DNA of 50,110 nt from Candidatus Pacearchaeota archaeon CG1_02_39_14 (GCA_001872315.1 MNVZ01000007.1:1-50110), one strand, 5' to 3'. Numbered from the stretch's first letter, positions 1-9,554 are shown. Translations and numbers: made by a program. The notes: generated from the letters alone by a model not told the origin.

Positions 1-233
1 CTTAGGTGTGTCTTTATCCTCTTCCCTCTGCCTGTCTTTTTTTCACAGGAGGATATGAATTTTTCTATCACATCAAAATTTCTAAGAACGCTTCTTCTGC
101 TTCTTGAAGGCAAAATTTTTGCAGACTCTCTTATGTCAAGTTTCTTGAGATCATCAATGCTCTTTCCTCTATATATCTTCTCCTTGCCTTCCGTTCTGGC
201 TTCAACCTGCTGTCTTCTTTTTTTCTTTGTCAT
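1..233 (-). CDS. rps19: 30S ribosomal protein uS19 (3' end runs off the window)
   Basis: Translated by hand, not in the ORF track: MTKKKRRQQVEARTEGKEKIYRGKSIDDLKKLDIRESAKILPSRSRRSVLR...IKTHL. Has archaeal S19 YRGK and IKTH motifs and follows rpl2. Confidence 0.93.
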   Translation of the reverse strand, partial: MTKKKRRQQVEARTEGKEKIYRGKSIDDLKKLDIRESAKILPSRSRRSVLRNFDVIEKFISSCEKKTGRGKRIKTHL

Positions 234-234
234 T

Positions 235-933
235 TTATCTTCTTCTTCCTGTTCTTCTTGGCCTTATATGTCCTACTTTTCTTCCAGGAGGGGCATTTCT
301 CTTTGCAATCTTACTCTTTACTCTCTTCCCTCTACCTGAACCAAATGGATGATCAATTGCGTTAGTGCTGAGTGCAGAAACTCTTGGGTAAAGTTTTCCT
401 CTTGCCTTCATTTTGAAGAACTTTCTTCCAGCCTTTATGAAAGGTTTTTGCTTCACTCCGTCTCCTGCTATCACTCCAATACTTACTCTGCATTTGCCAT
501 CAAGAATAACTTCTTTTTTATTTGGCATCATTACACCGACCTTATTATAATCATATTTCTTGTTGACCACTGCGCTTGAGCCTGCAGCCCTTATCATTTT
601 TCCTCCATCCCCTGGGTTTCTTTCAATGTTAAAAATTCTTGTTCCAACGGGAGCATTTTGAAGAGTGACCACATTTCCTTCCTTTATCTCATCGCCGCCA
701 ATAACAAAGTTCTGGCCTTCAAGTGCCCCGTTAAATGCAAGTCCATAAAATACTTCCGTGCCTATTCTTGCCTTTGAAAGAGGGGCAGAGTGGGCGGCGG
801 AATGGAATATTTTTTCTATTTTTGCCTCACCCTCATGCATAGGATATCCTACTCTGAACATGAATGCTTTCTTTCTCACTCTGTAAGTGAAGCTTCCCTT
901 TCCTCTTGCCTGTTGTATTATTCTCTTTCCCAT
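235..933 (-). CDS. rpl2: 50S ribosomal protein uL2
   Basis: MGKRIIQQARGKG start, DHPFG, APPGRKVGHI..RRTGR; S10-cluster position. Confidence 0.97.
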   Translation of the reverse strand: MGKRIIQQARGKGSFTYRVRKKAFMFRVGYPMHEGEAKIEKIFHSAAHSAPLSKARIGTEVFYGLAFNGALEGQNFVIGGDEIKEGNVVTLQNAPVGTRIFNIERNPGDGGKMIRAAGSSAVVNKKYDYNKVGVMMPNKKEVILDGKCRVSIGVIAGDGVKQKPFIKAGRKFFKMKARGKLYPRVSALSTNAIDHPFGSGRGKRVKSKIAKRNAPPGRKVGHIRPRRTGRRR

Positions 934-1175
934 TAGATCATTCCAAGTTTAGTTGCAATATCAATCGCCGGATTTCTCTTGTCCAGCTTTGCATAAACAA
1001 TTTTCTTGTTATCCTTGATTGAGGTCCTTATTTTGATAACTTTCACTTCAAATACCTTTTCAATCTCTTTTCTCACTTTTTCTTTATTGTATTTTTTCTC
1101 AACTTCGAAAACAAGCGTATTTTCAAGGTCTATCATTCTTACAATTTTTTCAGTGGTAACAGGCCTCAATATCAT
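933..1175 (-). CDS. rpl23: 50S ribosomal protein uL23
   Basis: PVTTEK, NTLVFEV, AIDIATKLGMI; lies between rpl4 and rpl2. Confidence 0.96.
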   Translation of the reverse strand: MILRPVTTEKIVRMIDLENTLVFEVEKKYNKEKVRKEIEKVFEVKVIKIRTSIKDNKKIVYAKLDKRNPAIDIATKLGMI

Positions 1176-1951
1176 TTTTCCTCCTTCCCAAGCTCAGCAA
1201 GGGCCTTTTCTGTATAAACTGTGAGTCTGCCCAACGGATAGAGGTCAGATATTTTAACATCAAAAGTGTCTTTTATTTCAATCCCCTTCATCTTTATTTT
1301 CTCGTCACTTCCCTTTACCAAAAGAAGCCCTGCAGTGCTCTTGTATTTTCTTCCTCTTCTGCTTCCCTTTCCAGACCTTAATTCTTTTTTCTTCAGGACA
1401 AGTCCGAAAGCTTCCCCGAAGATCGATTTCAGAAGGACAATCATATCCTTTGTTTTCATCCCGTCTATTTTGCTTTCAATGACAACAGGGACCTTTGAAT
1501 CCATTTTTTTCAGGGTTTCATATCTTTTCATAATCCATTTACTGTCACAGGTTGCCGCAAATCCTGATCCAAATGCTATTTTAGTCTCTTTCTTGTTAAG
1601 TCTTTTTTCCTTTCCAATTCCTTTCGGAGGGTGGGCCCTTCTTCCACCCCTGACGCTTGCGACCTCTGCTCCAATCCAAAAGAACTGTGTTCCTCTTTTC
1701 CACATAGTCTTTCTCGGAATCCTGGAAATCCCTTTTCCATAGTGTCCTCCCCATCTGTGTCTTTGGTGGCTTATTGTTCCGGAGGCTGAATGTCTCTTCC
1801 CGGATTCAGGCCCAGGGGAATAAGGCTGGATAAACTTCTCCATCTCAAAATATTTTGCGACAATATCCTCTCTTACTTTCTGGTCGAAAATCTTAGGCAT
1901 CTCAATTTCACTTTTCTTCTTTCCCTTTGTGTCATACAATGTTGCTTTCAT
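1172..1951 (-). CDS. rpl4: 50S ribosomal protein uL4
   Basis: GKGISRIPR, GGRRAHPPK, RSGKG.RRGRKY, GRLTVYTE. Confidence 0.96.
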   Translation of the reverse strand: MKATLYDTKGKKKSEIEMPKIFDQKVREDIVAKYFEMEKFIQPYSPGPESGKRHSASGTISHQRHRWGGHYGKGISRIPRKTMWKRGTQFFWIGAEVASVRGGRRAHPPKGIGKEKRLNKKETKIAFGSGFAATCDSKWIMKRYETLKKMDSKVPVVIESKIDGMKTKDMIVLLKSIFGEAFGLVLKKKELRSGKGSRRGRKYKSTAGLLLVKGSDEKIKMKGIEIKDTFDVKISDLYPLGRLTVYTEKALAELGKEEK

Positions 1952-2907
1952 TATGCTTTGACCTCCAAAAGTTCATAATCTCTCTTCGTCTGCCTCTTAT
2001 TTGGTCTTATGGGGGGGGTTATTAAAATCTGCCTCTTTGCCGGCCCCTGCACGCTTCCTGCGAGAATCAAATAGTTACCCTTCAGGTTGCCATAATTCTT
2101 GAACCCTTCTTTCCTGTTGATGTCTTTTTCCTTTATGTCCGCCACCTCAAGAACCTTCAGGTTGTAATGGACTCTCGTGAACATCCCAAGCTGTCCCGGC
2201 ATCGGAACTCTGAAGGTAACTCTTGCAGGATGCCATGGCCCTATGCTTCCAACTTTTCTTATACCCTTTTCAGATTTATGATGCCTTAGTTTTACTCCAA
2301 ATCTCTTTACTGCTCCCTGAAATCCCTTTCCTTTCGTAAGCCCTCTGGCGTCAACCAAATCCCACTTTAGAAGGTCCTTGGCAGAAATTTCCTTTCCTAT
2401 AAGGCTTTTGACAAATTCAAGCTTTTTGTCAGACTTTATACCTATTTCCATAAAATCAGGGCCTTTTTTGAACATGTCTTTCATTACAGAATATGCTATA
2501 ACTCTTATATCATCCCAGTCTTTCACCTTGTCAATTTCATCAGCATTCTTAACATTTTTCCCAACTTTCATTTTTTTCTTTAGAACCTTCTCATTACTAA
2601 GGACAATATCTTTAATCACCTTTCCATTTTTGTAAAATCTTACAGAAAATATTTGCATATTTGGGACCTCTAATATTGTGGCAGGGATGACTATTCTCTT
2701 GCCTTTTGTCAAAGAATGGGGAGTATTATCTTTTATTACCACGGAAGTCATTCCGACTTTATATCCTATACAACCGAGAACACCTTCTTCTTTCACAGAA
2801 GGAGATTTGAAAATTGGCTTCCAGTTAACACTAGGAATAAATCTGCTTGCCCTTTTACGAGGCCAGAACTGCAAGCTTCCGTGCCTTGGTCTTGTTGATT
2901 TTGACAT
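1951..2907 (-). CDS. rpl3: 50S ribosomal protein uL3
   Basis: RPRHGSLQFWPRKRA, GYKVGMT, TKGKGFQGAVKRFG, GPWHPARV. Confidence 0.97.
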   Translation of the reverse strand: MSKSTRPRHGSLQFWPRKRASRFIPSVNWKPIFKSPSVKEEGVLGCIGYKVGMTSVVIKDNTPHSLTKGKRIVIPATILEVPNMQIFSVRFYKNGKVIKDIVLSNEKVLKKKMKVGKNVKNADEIDKVKDWDDIRVIAYSVMKDMFKKGPDFMEIGIKSDKKLEFVKSLIGKEISAKDLLKWDLVDARGLTKGKGFQGAVKRFGVKLRHHKSEKGIRKVGSIGPWHPARVTFRVPMPGQLGMFTRVHYNLKVLEVADIKEKDINRKEGFKNYGNLKGNYLILAGSVQGPAKRQILITPPIRPNKRQTKRDYELLEVKA

Positions 2908-3028
2908 TTGTGTATATCATTTTTTTATGGCGCAACTCTACCAAGTTTTACTTTCCTAAGCAAGTCCCAGTTATCAGCTGGTTCTTGTCCACCGTATGAT
3001 TTAATGCAGAAATTTGGGTATATAAATA
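2908..3028 (-). promoter_or_regulatory. rpl3 operon promoter and ~90-nt leader
   Basis: TTTATATA on the minus strand at ~3019-3026. The leader contains CAAG-AA-CCAG-loop-CTGG-GA-CTTG. Confidence 0.45.
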
Positions 3029-3053
3029 TTGCCCTTCATCATCAATAGGATAT

Positions 3054-3755
3054 TCAGGCAGAAAACTCTTTCTCTTCTTTGACGGCCAGGCCGTCAACAT
3101 TCGTTTCCCTTACTATTTTTCCCTTTCTTTGGGCCATTTCCCTCATTTTTCTTGGGTCAGGTTCACCTTTCGGGACTATTATTTCATTTATAATAAATGT
3201 GTGCTTTACTTGAACTGCCTTAAATTCCTTAACATCAAATAGAATCTTCCTAACAAGATCAGAATCGTCAGTTTTTAATTTGCAGAAATCCACTTTTGGT
3301 TTCTCATCCGATTTAGTCGACGGCTTTCCCGACTTTGGCATCTTCGCCTTTATCTTTAAATCATTGTTTCCCGACTTAAATGATAAGCCCAGGAACGCTC
3401 TAGGAAATTTGTCGCAGAGCCCGATTATCTCCGGTCCGCTCATCTCATCATTAATGATGTATTTCTTAACTCCCATAAATTGCTTTTTGTCTTTGAATTT
3501 AAGCTCTCCAGTCAGGTCCCTTGTAGAAACCACTATTCCTGTAACCTCTGTCTTCTGCCCGCCAAGTTTCTCTGCAACCATTCTTACAAGTTCAGATGCA
3601 AATTCAGGGGATGTTGATATTGTATAAATTCCTTTTGTCTTTTTAGCCAGAATCATTGCCTTATCCCTATATTCCCCTCTCCCGTATTTCTCAAATTGCA
3701 AATGGACAAATTCATCAATTTTATCATCAAATATTTTCTTAACAAAGCTTTCCAT
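3054..3755 (-). CDS. Hypothetical protein (Lys-rich, cytoplasmic)
   Basis: Long ORF. Start moved to ATG 3755 (MESFVKK), which has a TTTATAAA box ~22 nt upstream. Confidence 0.8.
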   Translation of the reverse strand: MESFVKKIFDDKIDEFVHLQFEKYGRGEYRDKAMILAKKTKGIYTISTSPEFASELVRMVAEKLGGQKTEVTGIVVSTRDLTGELKFKDKKQFMGVKKYIINDEMSGPEIIGLCDKFPRAFLGLSFKSGNNDLKIKAKMPKSGKPSTKSDEKPKVDFCKLKTDDSDLVRKILFDVKEFKAVQVKHTFIINEIIVPKGEPDPRKMREMAQRKGKIVRETNVDGLAVKEEKEFSA

Positions 3756-3828
3756 ACAATCCTTCAGTTTCCTTGGTTTATAAAAATTATCACCCAACCT
3801 TTAAATAGCAAAACCGCTTATTTATACA

Positions 3829-4857
3829 ATGCCTCTGGATGCAAAGTCAATAAACAGAATATCGGCCATTGTGCTTATACTTATTCTCATAGCCCTGACT
3901 TTTATTCTTATCAAGCCAATTATTATTTCCATAATTGCCGGGTTAATCCTTGCGTTTATAGTAAATCCTGTATATCTGAAAGTGAACTCTTTCGTGAAAA
4001 GGCCCACTTTGTCGGCCTTGATTGTCTCCGTCATGGTAGTAGTTATAATATTCATACCTCTTTGGTTCCTGGTTCCTCTGATGATAAGGCAGGTTTTTGA
4101 GATGTTTGCTTTCCTTAGAGGCGCTGATGTAAGATCCTTTGTCGAAATTCTGTTCCCAACCTTCTCAGATGAATTCACAAGGCAGATAACAGGAGTGGTC
4201 TCAAACTTCCTCAACGAAATTTCTGTCTCTATACTGAACTGGTTGTCTGATTTTCTTCTGAATCTTCCTGACCTTCTTCTTCAGGGTGCAGTTCTTATCT
4301 TCGTTTTCTTTTTTGCACTTAGAGATCAGGAAAAGCTTAAGTCTTATGTTTCAGACCTCTCTCCTCTAAATAAGGAACAGGAAAAAATCTTAATAAGAGA
4401 ATTCAAGGGAATTACTTCATCTATAGTTTATGGTTATTTCATCATTGGCGTTGTGCAGGGCATAGCCACAGGAATAGGGCTTTTTGCTTTCGGAGTTCCG
4501 CGTGCCCTTCTTCTGACAATCATAGCAATATTTGCCTCCATGTTCCCTCTATTTGGTCCGTGGGTTGTCTGGCTCCCTGCAGTAGTTTATCTATTCGCGC
4601 AGGGCAACACCTTCGCAGCAGTAGCTTTCATGATATATGGGGTCCTTGTAGTTTCTTCTCTCGATAACATATTAAGACCTTACATAGTTTCAAGAAAGTC
4701 AAGTATCTCTCCGGTAATCGCATTAATAGGGATGATTGGAGGGCTTTTTGTATTTGGACTTCTAGGCCTTATTCTTGGTCCTTTAATCCTAGCGTATCTG
4801 ATAATTTTCTTGACTGCCTACAAAAACAAGCAGCTTTCAAGCATGTTCTCGAAATAA
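3829..4857 (+). CDS. AI-2E family (PerM/YdiK) transporter
   Basis: Multiple TM segments; FFFALRD, LDNILRPY, GG..FG..GLILGP motifs. Confidence 0.9.
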   Translation: MPLDAKSINRISAIVLILILIALTFILIKPIIISIIAGLILAFIVNPVYLKVNSFVKRPTLSALIVSVMVVVIIFIPLWFLVPLMIRQVFEMFAFLRGADVRSFVEILFPTFSDEFTRQITGVVSNFLNEISVSILNWLSDFLLNLPDLLLQGAVLIFVFFFALRDQEKLKSYVSDLSPLNKEQEKILIREFKGITSSIVYGYFIIGVVQGIATGIGLFAFGVPRALLLTIIAIFASMFPLFGPWVVWLPAVVYLFAQGNTFAAVAFMIYGVLVVSSLDNILRPYIVSRKSSISPVIALIGMIGGLFVFGLLGLILGPLILAYLIIFLTAYKNKQLSSMFSK

Positions 4858-4893
4858 GCATCACATTTAAAATCAAGAACCCGTTAAATAATC

Positions 4894-6363
4894 ATGAAAT
4901 TCAAGATAAGGTCTTTCAAGATAGGCGCAGGGAAGCCAATAGTTTTTATCCATAAGTCTGATGCAAAAAATCTTAGCATTCATGTAGGAAACAGAGTAGA
5001 GCTATCAAAAAACAGGAAAAAAATTATTGCAGTAGTGGATTTGGTTGGAAGCTATTTTGAGCCAGGAGAGGTAGGGGTTTCAAGGGAAATAATAAAGAAG
5101 TTAAACCTAAAGTCAGGAGATGAAATAGAGATTTCTCTAACTCCATCCCCCCAGAGCACCGGGCTTATTCAGAAAAAATTATCCTGCACACCATATACAA
5201 AAAAGGAACTTAATACTATAATAAAAGACATAGTGAATAATGCCTTGACAGAAGCAGAAATTGCTTATTTTATTTCAGGCGTCTATCATTGTGGAATGTC
5301 CGATAATGAGATAATAAATCTGACAGAAGCAATATATAATAATGGCGAAAAGATTAAGTGGAGTCACAAAAATGTTGCAGACAAACATTCTATAGGAGGA
5401 ATTCCTGGAAACAGAACAACTCCTATAATTGTTTCCATATGCGCGGCTGCAGGAGTAATAATCCCAAAAACTTCTTCAAGGGCAATCACTTCAGCAGCAG
5501 GTACTGCAGATTCGGTGGAATCGATTGCAAGGGTTGATTTGTCAATCTCCGAAATGAAAAGAGTGGTAAGGAAAACAAATGCCTGCCTTGCATGGGGTGG
5601 CTCTCTGGGCCTGGCTCCTGCCGATGACAAACTTATTCAGGTTGAAAGGCTTATAAATCTGGATCCGGAACCCCAGTTGATAGCTTCAATTCTTGCGAAG
5701 AAGCTCGCCGCAGGAAGCAAATTTGTTCTTCTGGACATTCCCTACGGGAAAAACGCAAAAGTATCCAGGAAGAAAGCAGAACACCTTAAGAATAAATTCA
5801 AGAAGCTTGCAAAGCATTTTAATCTCAAGATTGAGGTGATTCTCACAAAGGGGGATGAGCCTATAGGAAATGGAATTGGTCCCTCTCTCGAAATAATAGA
5901 CGTGATAAAGGTTCTCAAAAGAGAGAATCCTCCTAAGGATCTTGAAAGAAAATCGCTGAAAATGGCCTCAATAATTCTTGAGATGGTTGGGAAGGCGAAA
6001 AAAGGGGAAGGCATGAAAAAAGCCCAGGAGATTTTGAATTCAGGAAAGGCTTACAAAAAGTTCGAAGAGATAATCCTGGCGCAAAGCGGAGAGATTGGAT
6101 ACATAAGGAAAGCAAAATACTCACATAATGTCACTTCTCTAAGGTCTGGAAAAATAACAGCGATCGATAACAAGTTAGTTTCACATGCAGCCAGACTTTC
6201 GGGCTGTCCGACAGATAAGGCCTCCGGAGTCTACATTTACAAACACATCGGAGAGAGAATAGGCAAGAGCGAGGTTATAGCCACAATATATTCTGAATCA
6301 AAACAGAAATTGAGGGAAGCAGTTGAGTTTTTTATAGAGTTCAAACCCATAAAAATAGGGTAA
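4894..6363 (+). CDS. deoA: AMP phosphorylase (archaeal thymidine phosphorylase family)
   Basis: N-terminal barrel-type extension; DKHSIGGIPGNRTT, PKTSSRAITSAAGTAD, WGG..LAPADD, ASILAKK, PIGNGIGP. Confidence 0.92.
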   Translation: MKFKIRSFKIGAGKPIVFIHKSDAKNLSIHVGNRVELSKNRKKIIAVVDLVGSYFEPGEVGVSREIIKKLNLKSGDEIEISLTPSPQSTGLIQKKLSCTPYTKKELNTIIKDIVNNALTEAEIAYFISGVYHCGMSDNEIINLTEAIYNNGEKIKWSHKNVADKHSIGGIPGNRTTPIIVSICAAAGVIIPKTSSRAITSAAGTADSVESIARVDLSISEMKRVVRKTNACLAWGGSLGLAPADDKLIQVERLINLDPEPQLIASILAKKLAAGSKFVLLDIPYGKNAKVSRKKAEHLKNKFKKLAKHFNLKIEVILTKGDEPIGNGIGPSLEIIDVIKVLKRENPPKDLERKSLKMASIILEMVGKAKKGEGMKKAQEILNSGKAYKKFEEIILAQSGEIGYIRKAKYSHNVTSLRSGKITAIDNKLVSHAARLSGCPTDKASGVYIYKHIGERIGKSEVIATIYSESKQKLREAVEFFIEFKPIKIG

Positions 6364-6398
6364 ATATAATTTTATATACTCTTTTTATTTCATTTTTA

Positions 6399-6665
6399 AT
6401 GGTCATCAGAGAGCATCACTTGTATGAAATTGTCTCCTACTTTAAGAAGAATCTTAAAAAGGGCTACCCGCAAGGGACTCTTGTGCAGGCTCTGGTGAAT
6501 CAAGGTTATGCAAAAATTCCTATAGAAAAAGGTCTCGCAATAGCCCGGGATGAATTGGCAAATGAGGCACCTAAGTTGAATACAAAGCCCGTAATAAAGA
6601 GAGAAATTGTAGGGCCAAGGATTGAATTTGACAAGAAACCTTTCTGGAAAAAATTCTTCGGGTAA
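6399..6665 (+). CDS. Small hypothetical protein
   Basis: 88-aa ORF with TTTATATA ~22 nt upstream; Y.KKNLKKGY...L..QGY helical motif. Confidence 0.7.
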   Translation: MVIREHHLYEIVSYFKKNLKKGYPQGTLVQALVNQGYAKIPIEKGLAIARDELANEAPKLNTKPVIKREIVGPRIEFDKKPFWKKFFG

Positions 6666-6679
6666 TAATTAAGCATAAA

Positions 6680-6761
6680 CGCCGCTGCCCGGAATCGAAC
6701 CGGGATATCCGTGAGGAAATCAGTTCTCAAGACTGACGCAGTACCATTGTGCCACAGCGGC
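6680..6761 (-). tRNA. tRNA-Ser(TGA)
   Basis: GCCGCTG/CAGCGGC acceptor stem, anticodon arm TCAGT-CTTGAGA-ACTGA, long variable arm, GGTTCGATTCC T-arm, G discriminator. CCA not encoded. Confidence 0.93.
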
Positions 6762-7001
6762 TCAATTTAATAGGACAAAATCAGCTTTTAAAGGTTTACA
6801 ATTCACACAATCTTCTCATTCACACTTCTAAAAACATAGGCCCAAGTCATTAAGATATATCGTCTTTCCGATGATTCTCCCGCTATAAAAGCTCTTCAGA
6901 TTAAAATAAAATAAATCAATTACCTCTTTGGATAAATTTATATATTTCAAGAGTCTAATTTAATCATCGAAAATCAAAAATATTCAACAAGAATATTAGG
7001 A

Positions 7002-8084
7002 ATGGGCCCTAAATTAGGAATTTATTTGAAAAACTATCCAAGAGAAATATCTAAAGGGGATTTAGTAGAAGTGACTTTTTATAAAGACGATAAAAACTAT
7101 CTTTATTTAACGAAATTTAATACTCTCTTAAATCTAAGGACAGAGGTTATTGATTATCTCAGTTTTAGAAAAGGGGAAAAGATTTCTTTATCGATTAAAA
7201 AATTAAAATCCCTCGCAAGGACACAAAAATTATTTAGAGAAGGAAAAATAGACCTACTTCACTTAGTTCCTCAAGAATCTTCAAACGGATATCCGATAGT
7301 GGTTAAATCAATTAGACAAGATGACGAGGAAAAAATAGTTTTATGGTGTTTCCATAATAGGGGCTCGTGTATGCAAATAGAACTGAGAAGGTTTATTGAT
7401 ATCGATTCCTTTGGAAGATTTTTAGGATTGATGCAATCAGAAGGAAATAAGAACAATTTCAAAAATGTTGAGTTTGCAAATGCCTCCCTCAAAGAACATA
7501 AAGATTTTGTAAGATACCTTCATCTTCTAGGCATAAATAGCGAACTTATTAATGTCGATTGCATCCATACATCGCAGAGGGAAAAAGCTAAAGATGCTAT
7601 ATCTTCATACGAAAAAAAGGTAGGAATAGCCGTAAAAAATGTTTATAGTAGCGATAATAACAAATACGGATTAGGTTTCAAATTAAAAATTAGAAATGTA
7701 ATTTTCGCTAATATAGTTATGTTTTCCATGGATAAAATTAGAAAATTAATTACAGAAAGAAAATGGAACCGAAACCTTACTCTTTTGGCTGAAGCTTATT
7801 TTGCCAAATTACTGAGTGGAGACGGAAATGTAGATTTAGCTTTTAAAAACCGGAGATTACCACAAGGCAGGATAAAAATAACCGATGGAAATTTAGATTA
7901 TCTTCAAGACTATCAAATATTGATGAAAAGATTCGGATTCAACCCAAGACTGCTAGAGAAACATATTATTGTCAGGTCTTACTTTAAATTGGATCAGGCT
8001 AAATGGTTATTAAAAATAAAAGCTTTCGAAAACAATCCTAATTCAAAAAAGCTTCAAACTTTTATCAATGCTAGAACTAAATAA
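7002..8084 (+). CDS. Free-standing two-motif LAGLIDADG endonuclease-like protein with N-terminal extension
   Basis: FGRFLGLMQSEG and AYFAKLLSGDGNV; ITDGNLDYL..Y..LMKRFGFNP. Visibly AT-richer than its flanks; no intein C/HN termini. Confidence 0.75.
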   Translation: MGPKLGIYLKNYPREISKGDLVEVTFYKDDKNYLYLTKFNTLLNLRTEVIDYLSFRKGEKISLSIKKLKSLARTQKLFREGKIDLLHLVPQESSNGYPIVVKSIRQDDEEKIVLWCFHNRGSCMQIELRRFIDIDSFGRFLGLMQSEGNKNNFKNVEFANASLKEHKDFVRYLHLLGINSELINVDCIHTSQREKAKDAISSYEKKVGIAVKNVYSSDNNKYGLGFKLKIRNVIFANIVMFSMDKIRKLITERKWNRNLTLLAEAYFAKLLSGDGNVDLAFKNRRLPQGRIKITDGNLDYLQDYQILMKRFGFNPRLLEKHIIVRSYFKLDQAKWLLKIKAFENNPNSKKLQTFINARTK

Positions 8085-8117
8085 ATTAGTTGTTTGGTTT
8101 AAAAATTTAAAATAAAC

Positions 8118-8408
8118 TCAACCAAACAAACTTGCTAATCCTGCAGCTGCTTCTTCAACGGGCTTTTTCTCTTCCTTCTTTTCTTCCTTCTTGGCTTCAG
8201 CAGGCGTTCCAGCAGCAGGTGCCGCAACAGCAACGCTTGCATTCTCCAATTCACTGGCTATATCAACGCCTTGAAGTGCTGCAATCAGTGTCTTCACTTT
8301 AGCTTCATCAACTTGTGCTCCAGCAGCAGAGATAACCTTTTTCAGACTTTCCTCATTAACCGGCTGTCCAAGTTTGTGCAAAAGCAAAGCTCCGTATATG
8401 TACTCCAT
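8118..8408 (-). CDS. rpl12: 50S stalk protein P1 (aL12)
   Basis: MEYIYGALLLH, Ala-rich hinge, C-terminal EEAAAGLASLFG. Confidence 0.97.
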   Translation of the reverse strand: MEYIYGALLLHKLGQPVNEESLKKVISAAGAQVDEAKVKTLIAALQGVDIASELENASVAVAAPAAGTPAEAKKEEKKEEKKPVEEAAAGLASLFG

Positions 8409-8665
8409 TACTTTCTACCCTCCCTTGTACTTTTATAATAAGCGAGCATTCTTCCTTTAGCAGCCAAATCTTGCAGTCCGTCTCTTACCTGTAAAATCTC
8501 TGCACCTATCTGTGCGAGAGTCAAATCAAATTCTTCTTGAGGCATTCTTCCTCTTGCTGCCTGAACAAAAGAGTTCCTAATCTCAATAATCTGTCCATGT
8601 CCCTGATATCCCGCTGTATACATCTGATGATTCCTATCTAGCTGCTCCTTAAATAGATTACCCAT
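8408..8665 (-). CDS. Orphan 85-aa protein between rpl10 and rpl12
   Basis: ATG 8665 (MGNLFKEQ) is preceded by GGAGG and overlaps the rpl10 stop; its TAA overlaps the rpl12 ATG. Confidence 0.65.
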   Translation of the reverse strand: MGNLFKEQLDRNHQMYTAGYQGHGQIIEIRNSFVQAARGRMPQEEFDLTLAQIGAEILQVRDGLQDLAAKGRMLAYYKSTREGRK

Positions 8666-9554
8666 CTTTATTTTCCTCCGGCGCAGGTTGATTATCAGCT
8701 TTTTCTTCAGCATTGGTTTCTTTCTCCGTTTCTTCTTCAACAGGCTTCTTTTCTTCAGGGCTTCCTGCTTTGCTTTCAATAACCTTTTCCAAAGCTATCT
8801 CTTCCCTCCCTGCCTTTGTTATAAAGTAAGAAATTGTCTTGTCAGAAGGATACTCCATATTAATTGCAAATCCAAGGGCTTTCTTTACAAGAGTTCTTAG
8901 CTCTTCAAGTGTTCCTACCTTGTCAATTCTTATTCCGACATAAACCTTGTCATCTTTCGCATCATAAGCGGCAACAGGGGTGAAACCGACTTTCATTGGC
9001 TCTATTCCCAATTTTGCAAGAACTGAAGCAACTTTATCAGTTATTTCCTGCCCTTCTTTGGCAACAACTGCTCCTTTTATTATCTCAAGCTTTCCCTCTT
9101 TGACTGCAACCTTCAGTCCAACCCCTGACAGTTCAGAGATTGCAGGCCCCGGAAGCAGGTCAGTAGGCCCAGGCTCAATTTCAATATCATAAGGGGCCTT
9201 GTCTCCTGTCTTTGCCTTCGCTGGAGTCTGATTATCAGAAAGCATCCCAGAAAGTGTGAAAGCATCTAAATCAGAAAAGAAAAGGACGAAATCTGCATTT
9301 ACCTGCTTCTTTAATTCCTGCAGGGCTCCTTTTCCAGTTTCGTCAATAGCCCTATAAATCAAATTTTTCTTTGCAACTTTCAAATCAGCTTTGCCTCTGA
9401 ATTTCTTCTTCAAGGCGCCAAACTGTCCTCCCGGAAGACCTTTTATTGATGCAATTAGAATTGTTTTCGAATCTTTCATTCTGGAAACAAGGTCTTCAAC
9501 CGATCTTTTCTTGCCTTCAGGGATAGGCTTGATTCTTGCATATTCAGATTTCAT
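8658..9554 (-). CDS. rpl10: 50S ribosomal protein uL10 (P0)
   Basis: IPEGKK, AKAKTGDKAPYDI, GPTDLLPGPAISEL, LAKLGIEP. Confidence 0.95.
   Translation of the reverse strand: MKSEYARIKPIPEGKKRSVEDLVSRMKDSKTILIASIKGLPGGQFGALKKKFRGKADLKVAKKNLIYRAIDETGKGALQELKKQVNADFVLFFSDLDAFTLSGMLSDNQTPAKAKTGDKAPYDIEIEPGPTDLLPGPAISELSGVGLKVAVKEGKLEIIKGAVVAKEGQEITDKVASVLAKLGIEPMKVGFTPVAAYDAKDDKVYVGIRIDKVGTLEELRTLVKKALGFAINMEYPSDKTISYFITKAGREEIALEKVIESKAGSPEEKKPVEEETEKETNAEEKADNQPAPEENKDG

Noticed and set aside
55-2959. Plus-strand ORFs over the r-protein genes, and similar antisense ORFs elsewhere (14273-15175, 18771-19334, 23287-24012)
   Set aside because: Ser/Phe/Leu-rich shadows of well-supported genes on the opposite strand.
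6506-6730. 74-aa minus-strand ORF
   Set aside because: It overlaps tRNA-Ser and the plus-strand gene.
6680-6761. Reading this tRNA as Leu
   Set aside because: Stem pairing centres TGA in the 7-nt loop, and the discriminator is G, which fits Ser.
8666-8779. Lys-rich N terminus of the 123-aa ORF
   Set aside because: It is an alternative frame of the rpl10 tail; the SD-supported start is 8665.
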